A stretch of DNA of 64,000 nucleotides from an uncultured bacterium. Its GTDB lineage: Bacteria > Chloroflexota > UBA5177 > JANWHV01. The DNA lies in NCBI GenBank assembly GCA_963827235.1, contig CAWHAE010000010.1, forward strand, positions 96,001 through 160,000, in the 5' to 3' direction. Shown here piece after piece: positions 19,790 through 29,086 of this stretch. The translations under genes and the position numbers were made by a program. Position 1 is the stretch's first letter. Every line of letters starts with the position of its first letter. Under the pieces are notes generated by a model. The model made no database searches. It was not told the DNA's origin and was given only the letters and a program-made list of their open reading frames with translations.

Positions 19790-20230
19790 TTCTGAGTCCT
19801 CCCTGTCAGGTCCAGACGCGGTTCTGGTGTCATGGAATTCCCGCGGGCCGCACCGAACCGCCGCACCCGGCGAGACTGCTCGCCGAGCAGGTGTGCCCGG
19901 GGTTATGGATCACATCGCTGCGTGTGGTGCAGTGCGGTACCGGACAGCGAGCGCCCGGTCATTCGCACCGCCTCGCTCTCACCTCCCTTCGCGCCGCTTT
20001 CCACCCGGCGTACTCAAGCCTACCACGACTTCGCCTCTTCAGTATCCACGAGGAACGCCCGCTTTGGTACGATAAAGGCCGCGCGGGCGGTCCATTTGCC
20101 GCGGGACGGAGTGATATACTGGCAGCACGCCGCCAATCCTGCTCCCTGCCCAGCTACCCCGTAGGTGCGCGTCCACCTGGCCCGCGGGGGCCGAGGCCGC
20201 GATGATTGTCTTTCCGCAAAGGAGGCCATC

Positions 20231-21502
20231 TTGGTCGACGAGCCGAATCACGGTTTCTCCTGGCGCGAGATGGGCGAGATCCACGCCCGCGTAGAGAATC
20301 CCACTTTGCGCCAGCCGCTGTCGCTGATCATCGACGATCCCACGCCCGGCTACAACCCGGCGTACTTCCATAGCGGGTTTCGCAACGGGCCCATGCACGT
20401 GCCGCCGTCGCTGGTCGACGAGGTGGCGGATCTGATCGAGGCAACCGGCATCCGCGGCAAGTTCAGCGTCATTCCCATGCCGTTTGGCCTGGGCCGCATC
20501 GACCGCGAGATCGAGGGCGTGTCCGCGGCGGACGTGCGGCACTTCCTGGACGTGGTGCGCGCTCGCATCGCGCCCTATCTCGACGTGACGCCCGAGGCTC
20601 TCACACACTGGAACGCGATCGACCTGGCAAGCGGTCACCTGCTTCCGCTTTGGGAGCATGTCTGGAGCCGCCAGCAGAACCGGGAGACTCTGCACCCATA
20701 TCTTTCTCGCGCCCTCGAGATCGTCAACGCCGCCGGACTGCCCAGCACCGGTGTGACGTCCCCGTGGGATTTCGGCGACGGCGTGGAGACCGAGTATGCC
20801 GAGGCGATACTCTCGGCCCAGCGCGCGGTGAACGGCCGCACGTTCACCTGGTACTTCCTGCAGATGGACGGCGTATCGCGGCACGTGCCGCCCAAGCTGA
20901 CCGTGTTCCGCCCCGAGGCAGGCGAGGCCGTGGTGAGCATCATAACCTGCGATACCTACGATTTCGGGCGCGGCGTGTGGCGAGGAGCCGAGCCCGACCC
21001 CGACGTGCTGATCACCGCCGATGGGCAAGGCGGGCGCCTGGCCGAGGTTCTGGCGGCCGGCGGGCCGGCCGCATTCCACACGCACTGGCAGACCATGTTC
21101 AGCCAGGGCCGCCGGACGGGGCGCGCGGCTCTTGCCACCGTCGCCCGGCGCGTGGCCGACCGCTTCGGCGACAGCGTGGTGTGGACGCGGACCCTGGACG
21201 TCGCGACCTACACGGCCGCCGCTGCCGCGCTGCGCGTGTCGCCGGACAGTGCGGCCGGCGCACCGGTCGAGGGCAATCATGGCGCATCCATGCGGCTGAC
21301 CTCGCCGTTCCCGTGCAAGGCATTCACAATGAGCTTCGCGATCGGCCGGGCGGTCGCAGCGGTTCGCCTCGACGACCAACCGTTGAGCCGGGCCGAGTCG
21401 AGGTCGTCGCTTCGCGAAGGCACGTTCCTGCCGGACGGAGACCGCGTGTACGTCTGCTGGCCGCTGCAGAGCAGCCAGCGCCTGCAGATACAGGTCGCCT
21501 GA
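20231..21502 (+). CDS. Conserved hypothetical protein, possibly polysaccharide-deacetylase-like fold
   Basis: AAGGAGG then TTG at 20231; LIIDD, E..TH, GVTSPW and HTHWQ motifs; function not established. Confidence 0.6.
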   Translation: MVDEPNHGFSWREMGEIHARVENPTLRQPLSLIIDDPTPGYNPAYFHSGFRNGPMHVPPSLVDEVADLIEATGIRGKFSVIPMPFGLGRIDREIEGVSAADVRHFLDVVRARIAPYLDVTPEALTHWNAIDLASGHLLPLWEHVWSRQQNRETLHPYLSRALEIVNAAGLPSTGVTSPWDFGDGVETEYAEAILSAQRAVNGRTFTWYFLQMDGVSRHVPPKLTVFRPEAGEAVVSIITCDTYDFGRGVWRGAEPDPDVLITADGQGGRLAEVLAAGGPAAFHTHWQTMFSQGRRTGRAALATVARRVADRFGDSVVWTRTLDVATYTAAAAALRVSPDSAAGAPVEGNHGASMRLTSPFPCKAFTMSFAIGRAVAAVRLDDQPLSRAESRSSLREGTFLPDGDRVYVCWPLQSSQRLQIQVA

Positions 21503-21522
21503 TCGCCCATATCGTCTCGCCC

Positions 21523-21557
21523 CGCCCTGCACCCCGATCTGAGCGGGGTGCAGGGCG
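21523..21557. terminator. GC-rich hairpin between convergent genes
   Basis: CGCCCTGCACCCC-N9-GGGGTGCAGGGCG. Confidence 0.7.
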
Positions 21558-21608
21558 TCTCCAGACTATTCACGCCCGCCGGACCCGGCTCGAGGCCCTC
21601 ATCCGCCG

Positions 21609-22835
21609 CTACCCTCCCACTGCCGGTTCAGATCCCGTCTGTTGGGACGGGTCGGGCCGCTCGGCCACGGCGACCCAGCGTTGCTCGCGGGCGCTGAGCA
21701 AGACAGCCTCCATGATAGCCAGGCCGCGCCAGCCGTCGTAGAGCGTGGGATACGTCCCTTCCGGTTTCTCACCGAGCCGGGCCCTGTCGATCGCGTGGTA
21801 GATGTCGGCAATCAGGTTTCGGAAGGCGTCGAGGTAGCCCTCGGGATGCCCACCGGGGGCGAATGCAAGCGCCGACGCCTCCGGCTCCATGAGCATGGGA
21901 TCCTTGGGCACGATCTGCCAGCCGGGCTCACGGCGGCGCACGGTCAGCGTGTTGGGCTGCTCCTGGTTCCAATCCATGCCGCCGGCGGCGCCGTCTATGG
22001 AGAGCGTAAGCCAGTTCTTGTGCCCGGCACTGACCTGCGAGGCGGTCAACGTGCCGCGGCCGCCGCCGGCAAAGCGCAGAAGGAGGCTGAGGCAGTCTTC
22101 TCCGTGCACGGGCAGCCGGTAGCTCTCACCTGCCGGGTCCGCCCCGCAGGGAGGCGGACCGGCACCGGGAGTGTCGCGACGCCATTCACGCATGGGGATC
22201 ACGGTCTGCGTGTCGGCGAGCACGGCGGAAATGTGATCACCGGTCACGTGTTCGACCAGGTCACACCAATGGATGCCGATGTCGGCCATGGTCAGCGACG
22301 GTCCGGCGATCTCCGGAGCAAATCGGTAGTGGAAATAGGTGTCATGGAGCAGCTCGTCGGCCAGGTAGAGCCCGCGCATGTGATGCAACGGTCCGATAGC
22401 GCCGTTGGCGACCAGACAGCGCATCTGGCGTACGAGCGGATAGTAGCGATAGCAATAGGCCACGCCGGCGACCTGATCGCGGTCCCGAGCGAGACCCACG
22501 AGACGGGCGGCATCCGCGGCGGCAGTGGTCAGGGGCTTCTCGCACACCAGGTGCTTGCCGGCAGCAAGCACGGCGGAGGCCATGGGATAGTGCAAGGCAT
22601 TCGGCGTGCACACATGCACGACGTCGATTCGCGGATCGTCGAGGGCCTGATCGAGGTCGAGCGTATAGGCAGGCGCACGAAGCCTGGCCGCCTGTGCTGC
22701 CACGTCGCCACCTGGACGGCCTACCACCAGTGCCAGCTCGGCGCCACAGCGGCGCAGAGCCTCCGCGTGAATCGCACCGATATACCCGGGACCGACTATT
22801 GCCGCTCGCAGTGGAGCCATCTGATCCGTCCTCAC
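21609..22835 (-). CDS. Gfo/Idh/MocA-family NAD(P)-dependent oxidoreductase
   Basis: IVGPGYIG, VCTPNALH, CEKP, DIGIHWCD, PGGHPEGY. Confidence 0.92.
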   Translation of the reverse strand: MRTDQMAPLRAAIVGPGYIGAIHAEALRRCGAELALVVGRPGGDVAAQAARLRAPAYTLDLDQALDDPRIDVVHVCTPNALHYPMASAVLAAGKHLVCEKPLTTAAADAARLVGLARDRDQVAGVAYCYRYYPLVRQMRCLVANGAIGPLHHMRGLYLADELLHDTYFHYRFAPEIAGPSLTMADIGIHWCDLVEHVTGDHISAVLADTQTVIPMREWRRDTPGAGPPPCGADPAGESYRLPVHGEDCLSLLLRFAGGGRGTLTASQVSAGHKNWLTLSIDGAAGGMDWNQEQPNTLTVRRREPGWQIVPKDPMLMEPEASALAFAPGGHPEGYLDAFRNLIADIYHAIDRARLGEKPEGTYPTLYDGWRGLAIMEAVLLSAREQRWVAVAERPDPSQQTGSEPAVGG

Positions 22836-22999
22836 CTCGTGAACTAGTCAACCGTCTCTCGGTGATTGATCGGCGCAGGGGCATGCAGCGCGGCGTTGCA
22901 CGGTCGGCTGGCAGACTCCTCAGTCGGCTCCGTTACCCCATCGTACCGAGATGGGCGGCGCCACATCGCGCCCGGCGTACGGGAGTGAGATCCTGATTG

Positions 23000-23046
23000 C
23001 GCAAACGTTGGCACTGATACTAGCACGTACGATGTCATGCTGTCAA
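23000..23046 (-). promoter_or_regulatory. Sigma70 promoter for the oxidoreductase with a LacI-type operator at the start site
   Basis: Minus strand TTGACA-N18-TAGTAT with TG extension; CGCAAACGTTGGCA at 23000-23013; similar TGCAAACGTTCGCA at 23358-23371. Confidence 0.7.
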
Positions 23047-23469
23047 CGCGGGCGGCGGTGCGCAAGAGACCGAGGAATCGCGGAACTTCGGGGTAGGGGC
23101 CCGGGGCTGGAGCACGGGGCATCTCTTCCGTGGCTCGGCTCGCGTGGCCACGCGATTTCCCCCGGCCGCAGGCTACTGAGTACCATGCCTGCTGGGCGGG
23201 CAACCGTAGCGGCGCTGGAGGCCGCGAGCTGCCGAGGGCCTAGCAAGCGGCGGTCGCCATTCCCTGGAGCGCGGCGGGGCCCCGGCACTGGAGTTGAGCG
23301 CCGTCTCGTCGATGGGCGATGAACGCCGGCATGCAGGCGGCGCCACCGGCATGGTATTGCAAACGTTCGCACGGCGTCGCACGTGTCGCCGGCACAGCAG
23401 GTGGGACTGTTGCGCGCATGCGTGGTCGTTCTCTGGAGAGCACTAAGAACCCGGTGGAATCTATGCCGC

Positions 23470-23730
23470 CCTCACCACAGGCACAGCCGCACGCGACCTA
23501 CGCGAACCTGATGCCTCGGTCGACGCTGTCCTGATGCTTGGCCCACTCTATCATTTGTCTAGCCGCGCCGACAGGTTAGGGTCGCTTGCGGAGGCTCGCC
23601 GGATCGTGCGCCCAGGCCAGATGATCTTTGCGGCTGCTGTCTCTCGCTATGCTTCAATCCTCGACGGCTTGTGGTGGCGCGACTTAGGCGACTCCGAGCA
23701 TGCTCGGGTGATCGAGCGGGACGTGCTTGA
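23470..23730 (+). pseudogene. Class I SAM methyltransferase fragment
   Basis: ARDL..DASVDAVLMLGPLYHL..LAEARRIVRPG..SRYAS; both termini missing. Confidence 0.7.
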
Positions 23731-24026
23731 GAGGCTCCAGTGTGTGCATGGTGATTGGGCACTCGGCTGCGAAGAGGTGCTGACCACCTGCCCATCGTGC
23801 TCCGTGACCACGATGAACTCATCGCGTATAGACACGACGAATGTGAACACACGGGGTCGGAATGAAGATGACGTTGCAGTTATACTGACGTAGTCATGCT
23901 CGCAAGTTCAAGAGCATGCCGGTGCGGACACGCGATGGAACGCGTTGCGATATCGAGGTAACGCTGCCGTGCCGATTATCCAGGTTCGGCGCCTGGTCAA
24001 GCGTGTTAGCCAGGCGGGGTGGCTCG

Positions 24027-24896
24027 ATGAGAACGGCGAGACTCGCCGTGAAGCTACCGAAGCTAGCTGGCGTTCGCGCCGCCCCGCTCCGGCGCGCGTG
24101 GGCCAACCTGCCTGCGTATGCGCAACTGGCGCGGCTGTCCCGGCAAGTAACGTACGTCTACCGGGCTAACCTGATCTTCAACGTGTTGTCGATCCTGATC
24201 CAGGTCTATCTGCTGAAGGTCGTCTGGACGGCGCTCTACGCTGGACGCAACAGCGTCGGCACACTCGGCTTGCACGCGCTGATCACGACCATGACAGTGG
24301 CAAATCTGCAACTCTGGGTCATAGCACCATACATCGCGAACTACCTGTACCGCCAGGTCTATCAAGGCAAGATCGCACTCGACTTGGCACGTCCCGTGGG
24401 GTTTCTGGGCCAGCTGCTTGCGCAGCAGGTTGGCTTTACTCTCGGGATCATCCCGTTCGTGCTGCTAGCGGCTCCAGTGGCGTGGCTTGTTGGCGGATTG
24501 CAAGCTCCGGCCACGGCTTCTGCGATGGCGTTCTACGTGGTCAGCCTTGTGCTCGCCTATCTGGTCAGCGTGCTGATGGGCTTGCTGCTCGGCCTGAGCG
24601 CCTTCTGGACGCTCGAAATCGGCGGATTCCTTGGCATGTATCGCTTCGTCAGCCAGTTCTTTGCCGGGGCGTTGATCCCGCTGCAATTCTTTCCGCCTGC
24701 CTTGCGAGCAGTAGCAACGGTGCTGCCCTTCCAGGTGCAGGCCTACCTCCCGATCTCGCTGTACCTGGGCCAGACACAGGGTGCGGGTGTCCTCGCGGTG
24801 CTGGCCCTGCAGCTTGCCTGGGTGGTGGCGCTCTACGCGCTCGCCCACGTGGTATGGCGGCGCGCGCTCCGACGCGTAGTGGTCCAGGGCGGTTAA
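24027..24896 (+). CDS. ABC-2 type exporter permease
   Basis: YRANL, GKIALDLARP, FFAGALIPL.FFP, ends VVQGG. Confidence 0.88.
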   Translation: MRTARLAVKLPKLAGVRAAPLRRAWANLPAYAQLARLSRQVTYVYRANLIFNVLSILIQVYLLKVVWTALYAGRNSVGTLGLHALITTMTVANLQLWVIAPYIANYLYRQVYQGKIALDLARPVGFLGQLLAQQVGFTLGIIPFVLLAAPVAWLVGGLQAPATASAMAFYVVSLVLAYLVSVLMGLLLGLSAFWTLEIGGFLGMYRFVSQFFAGALIPLQFFPPALRAVATVLPFQVQAYLPISLYLGQTQGAGVLAVLALQLAWVVALYALAHVVWRRALRRVVVQGG

Positions 24897-24898
24897 GA

Positions 24899-25702
24899 AT
24901 GACGAGGCTTCGCATTTGCCTCAGCCTAGTCGCCGCCAACGTGCGCGGCGAGCTTCAGTATCGGACAAACTTCCTGGTCATGATGCTCACCGGCCTGGTG
25001 TGGGACGGTACCAGTTTCGCCGTGATATGGGTTACATTGAGCCGTTTTCAGACGATAGGCGGTTGGACCCTAGGCGAGCTAGCGTTCCTTTATGGGCTCT
25101 TTCTGTTCGAGAGCAGCATCAGCACGCTGATATTCAGTTTTTCACAGCAGTCCATGTTTGAATGGCTAGTACGGGAGGGACAATTCGACCGCTACCTGGT
25201 GCGACCGTTGCCACCGTTGCTGCAACTGATCACTTCTCGCCTCCACGTCCCGATTCTCGGCTCGATGCTGGGCAGTGCCACGCTCTGCTTGGTCGCGAAC
25301 ACCATGGTCCACATTGATTGGTCTACGGCGGCGCTGGGCTATCTGCTGCTGGCAGTCTTCGGCTGTTGCCTCTTGCAGTCTGGCATTTATCTGCTGGTCG
25401 ATTCGCTGGCATTCCGCTTCCTCAGCACCGGCATGCTCTTCGCGGTGGTCGGAGACTTCTCGAAATATGGTAACTATCCGATGAAGATCTACACTGTTTC
25501 GCTCCGCTTCTTCTTGACCTTTGTTTTTCCACTGGCATTTATGAGCTACTTTCCGGCGGCGGTATTGCTTAACCATACTGGTGAGCTGAGCGTGCCGCCG
25601 ATCGTCGCCTACCTGACGCCGCTCGTCGGCGTGATCTGGTTCGTTCCCGCCTATCTGCTCTTCCAACACGAGATGCGCAACTACCAGAGCGCCGGGCACT
25701 GA
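24899..25702 (+). CDS. ABC-2 type exporter permease
   Basis: QYRTNF, GGWTLGE, GQFDRYLVRP, ends YQSAG. Confidence 0.88.
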   Translation: MTRLRICLSLVAANVRGELQYRTNFLVMMLTGLVWDGTSFAVIWVTLSRFQTIGGWTLGELAFLYGLFLFESSISTLIFSFSQQSMFEWLVREGQFDRYLVRPLPPLLQLITSRLHVPILGSMLGSATLCLVANTMVHIDWSTAALGYLLLAVFGCCLLQSGIYLLVDSLAFRFLSTGMLFAVVGDFSKYGNYPMKIYTVSLRFFLTFVFPLAFMSYFPAAVLLNHTGELSVPPIVAYLTPLVGVIWFVPAYLLFQHEMRNYQSAGH

Positions 25703-25915
25703 ACGCCATTTGTGGTCCTCCGACCGCAATCGACATGTGTCTCCCTTCCCAGCCGGATCACCCGCTTGCGGTACGTAGTAGAGGGCGCTCCGTTGCCGCT
25801 AAAGACGTCCGCGGAGTAAACTGTCAACGCCGTCCTCATCCGATCGTACCTGTAACCCTCGGCGGGCCCGACGGCTACCGAGCGAGACAGGCTGCAAGAC
25901 GGGGGAAAGGTATCC

Positions 25916-27001
25916 ATGTCCATCATCCGTGCCACGGAGTTGGTCAAGGAGTTTCACCGGACGAAGCGGCAGTCCGGGCGGTTCGGTGCACTCCGTACGC
26001 TGGTCACGCGCCAGCTGGAGGTGACGCGCGCCGTCGATGGGATCAGTTTCTCCATTGACAAGGGCGAACTCATCGGTTATATCGGCGCCAATGGCGCGGG
26101 CAAGTCCACCACGATCAAGATGCTCACCGGTATCCTGGTGCCCACCTCGGGTGAGGTCACTGTGGCAGGTCTGGTTCCCTGGCAGGCGCGCGAACGTAAT
26201 GCGCTGAACATGGGCGTCGTATTCGGTCAGCGTAGCCAGCTCTGGTGGGATCTGCCGCTGAGCGAATCGTTCAAGCTCATCTCCCGGATGTATCGCGTGC
26301 CGGAGGGCATCTATCGGCGTAACCTCGATCTCTTCACGACGATGTTGGCGATGGAAGACTTCCTAGGGACCCCTGTCCGCCAACTCAGTTTAGGCCAGCG
26401 CATGCGCGGAGACATCGCGGCCGCGTTGCTCTATGAGCCGTCCATCGTCTATCTGGATGAGCCGACAGTGGGCCTGGACGTGCTGGCGAAGCAGCGCATC
26501 CGCGACTTCATTGCCCAGATCAACCGCGAGCGTGGTACAACTGTCATCCTGACCACGCACGATCTGAGCGATGTGGAGCGGCTGTGCCGCCGTATTCTGC
26601 TGATCGATCATGGCCGCGTTGTCTACGACGGTTCGGTAGATCAACTTAAGACTCTCTACGCGCCCTACCGGGTTCTTGTCGCCACGTTGGCGCCGGACGG
26701 CGTGCCGGTATCCGAGACCACCGATATCGTGGTGCCCGGCGCGGAGCCCATTCGCCGAGAGGGCTCCCAGATCTGGCTGCGCTTCGATCCGGCGCGGACG
26801 CCCGTGGCCAGACTAATCGCTGCTGTTACGACGCGCTACGCGGTGACGGACCTCTCAATTACGGAGCCCGATCTGGAGCAGGTGGTGCGGCAGATCTACG
26901 AGGACGGCGCACGCGCAGTTAACGTGCCATGTCACGTTGACCAAGATGATCTTCCGCCATTACAGATCCCTCCGCCACCTAACAGTGATGCCAAGATGTA
27001 G
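25916..27001 (+). CDS. ABC exporter ATP-binding protein
   Basis: GANGAGKST, LSLGQRMR, YLDEPT, LTTH. Confidence 0.93.
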   Translation: MSIIRATELVKEFHRTKRQSGRFGALRTLVTRQLEVTRAVDGISFSIDKGELIGYIGANGAGKSTTIKMLTGILVPTSGEVTVAGLVPWQARERNALNMGVVFGQRSQLWWDLPLSESFKLISRMYRVPEGIYRRNLDLFTTMLAMEDFLGTPVRQLSLGQRMRGDIAAALLYEPSIVYLDEPTVGLDVLAKQRIRDFIAQINRERGTTVILTTHDLSDVERLCRRILLIDHGRVVYDGSVDQLKTLYAPYRVLVATLAPDGVPVSETTDIVVPGAEPIRREGSQIWLRFDPARTPVARLIAAVTTRYAVTDLSITEPDLEQVVRQIYEDGARAVNVPCHVDQDDLPPLQIPPPPNSDAKM

Positions 27002-27147
27002 CTGGCCCCTTGCTCGGTGGCTTCCTGCTGGGCGTGGCTGGCACGGGCGGAGCAAGCGCAGCGCGTACGGTAGGATGAAGCCGGATCTACTCCAGCAGCG
27101 TGTCCTGCATGCCGCCTGAGCGCCACGAGAGCACCGAGGGCCTGATC

Positions 27148-27470
27148 ATGTTTCGTCCAACGGGCGTTGAGTCCATCGACCGCGTGCTGGGCGACGTCGT
27201 CGACCTCTCCGGCCTCGTGTTGCCGGGACGCGTCGAGGCGATCTACGCGATCGGCAGTGTGGCCGAGGGCAAGGCGCTGTGGGGCAGGGATCGCTACGAC
27301 GACTTCAGCGATATAGATGTGTGCCTCATCTTGCGCGGTAGCCTGACGCAGAGGGACGTAGACGACTGCGCGCGCCTTGGCGCTCGTTGTAACGCCAATG
27401 GTACGGTTCGGCTCGATCTCTGCGGGCTCGGCGAGGATGCACTCGTGCGCACCGACGACATGACATCGAC
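27148..27470 (+). pseudogene. Pol-beta-superfamily nucleotidyltransferase, 3'-truncated
   Basis: IYAIGSVAEG..SDIDV motif; plausible coding ends where the convergent small gene begins. Confidence 0.6.
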
Positions 27471-27481
27471 TTGGTCTTCCT

Positions 27482-27805
27482 CTAGACCTGGGAGAGGCAA
27501 GGGTCGGGGTCGAGACGCCCGTGTTGGCGATCGTAGCGTTCCCAAGGTGTCTCCAGAATCGCCGCTGGAATTGGCGCCCAGTTGAAGGTGTAGCGAAACG
27601 TATGGTAGGCGAGCGAACCCGGGAGGGGATACGCGTCGAATACCTCGCGCCAGCCGGCAAAGAGGGCGAAGGTATCCTGGTCGGGGACGATGCCGAAATC
27701 CCAGGCACCGCAGATGCGTTGGACGTAGTCTGCACGATCAGATGCAGTGTCGAGTACATCTGGAGGCTCGTCCAGGTCGGGGTAGACGGTGGCGTCGATG
27801 TGCAT
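27482..27805 (-). CDS. Hypothetical protein co-oriented downstream of the AbiEii-like gene
   Basis: 107 aa, protein-like acidic/aromatic composition, 17 bp after the upstream stop with an AGGT RBS-like site. Confidence 0.7.
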   Translation of the reverse strand: MHIDATVYPDLDEPPDVLDTASDRADYVQRICGAWDFGIVPDQDTFALFAGWREVFDAYPLPGSLAYHTFRYTFNWAPIPAAILETPWERYDRQHGRLDPDPCLSQV

Positions 27806-27822
27806 AGTGTTACCTGAGCACG

Positions 27823-28557
27823 TTAGGGCTCGTGCGTCGGGGCATTGCGCGTCTGCGCAGCCAGGACCGTGTCGAGCCAGGTGCGGATTTTGCCAGCGGC
27901 TTCCCGCTCTGCGTGCGGAAGGTTACTGAGCGGTCGCCGGGCTTCCAATGCCGTGACGTGAGCGAGGATTTGCTGTTGCGCGTCCCGTACGCCGAGGGCA
28001 GGGTTCTTCTCCTGCCACAGTGCCCATAACTCGCCGACGGTGGCAAGCCCGTGGTGGCAGGCGGTATACACGTCGAGCATGTCGCGCGGTGCGCCACGCG
28101 CGATGAGGGCTGTCATCTTGCTTGCCAGCGTGTCGGTCAGCGCTTCGATCTGGAGTGGCGGCCAGACGGTAGGCGCGGGCGATCCGATGTAGCGATCGCG
28201 AGACGCGACCTGAAGTGAGCAGACTGCTTTGCGCCTGGCAGGATCATGCAGTTCGAGCGAGGCGACGTCGCTATAACGGCGTTCGTTGAGCAGGAGTCCA
28301 TGTCGAGTGGCGATCGATTGCAGCAAGTCTCGGAATGCTCTGAGCGCAGCTTCGCGTTCCGGTAGTGTGGTGTTGGGTGCCCACCATGCATCGAGATCGT
28401 GTGTGTCGCGGTAATCAAGGTAGTGCTTGAAGGCGACCCCACCGCCGAGAACGATTGTTGCAGCAGCAGATTGGTGACGCAGCTGTTCGAGAATCTCACG
28501 CACGATTGGGTCGAGGTGCCGCGGGGGCGTTGGTTGCGGCGCCGGCTGCCCTGGCAT
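27823..28557 (-). CDS. AbiEii/DUF1814-family nucleotidyltransferase (type IV TA toxin-like)
   Basis: VLGGGVAF..Y...RDTHDLD; SKMTAL..RGAPRDMLDV; AAGGAG RBS. Confidence 0.85.
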   Translation of the reverse strand: MPGQPAPQPTPPRHLDPIVREILEQLRHQSAAATIVLGGGVAFKHYLDYRDTHDLDAWWAPNTTLPEREAALRAFRDLLQSIATRHGLLLNERRYSDVASLELHDPARRKAVCSLQVASRDRYIGSPAPTVWPPLQIEALTDTLASKMTALIARGAPRDMLDVYTACHHGLATVGELWALWQEKNPALGVRDAQQQILAHVTALEARRPLSNLPHAEREAAGKIRTWLDTVLAAQTRNAPTHEP

Positions 28558-28830
28558 GCACGTTCTCCTTCACGGAATTGAGCGCGCTTGACACCACATC
28601 GCGCGTCGCGGTGGACTCCACTGAACACCCAGAAGCGATACCGAAGCCACGGTCAAACCCGCGGGCTTTGCTCGAGCGCGCGGTGTATTCACGGAGGCGG
28701 GCAAGATGCCCGCGGTCCCGGGCTGGGGGCCACATCCGCGGATCCCGGCGTGGCCTGACTTCAGTATAGCCCTTGGTTCCTGGCGTGCCGGCAACTGGGG
28801 CGTGTGCCTGTGCCAGCATCAGGCCGGAGC

Positions 28831-28913
28831 CGGCGGTCCATACTGACGGGTCGGTGGAAGCGACCCCCCGGGGCGCTATGAGCTGATCCACGGCAACGCG
28901 CGTGCCGGTAGCG
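28831..28913 (+). repeat. 83-bp direct copy of 7306-7388 (internal to the giant protein gene)
   Basis: 80/83 identical by direct comparison, three transitions. Confidence 0.95.
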
Positions 28914-29086
28914 ACATTTCCGGTTTAGGCTTCATTGATCCCTCTCGAGACAGCGGACGCCACCTCTGCCTCATGTGGCACGCCTCCAGAGTGAGTAGCG
29001 CTAAGAGCGTGTGCAGCAATGTCGTAAAGGCCAAACTGAAAGGATGAATCGCGGGTAGTATCCAGGCTGAAACAGGGACGAATGGC

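Noticed and set aside
28831-28913. DGR template/variable repeat pair with 7306-7388
   Set aside because: Mismatches are not adenine-restricted on either strand and no reverse transcriptase is present in the window
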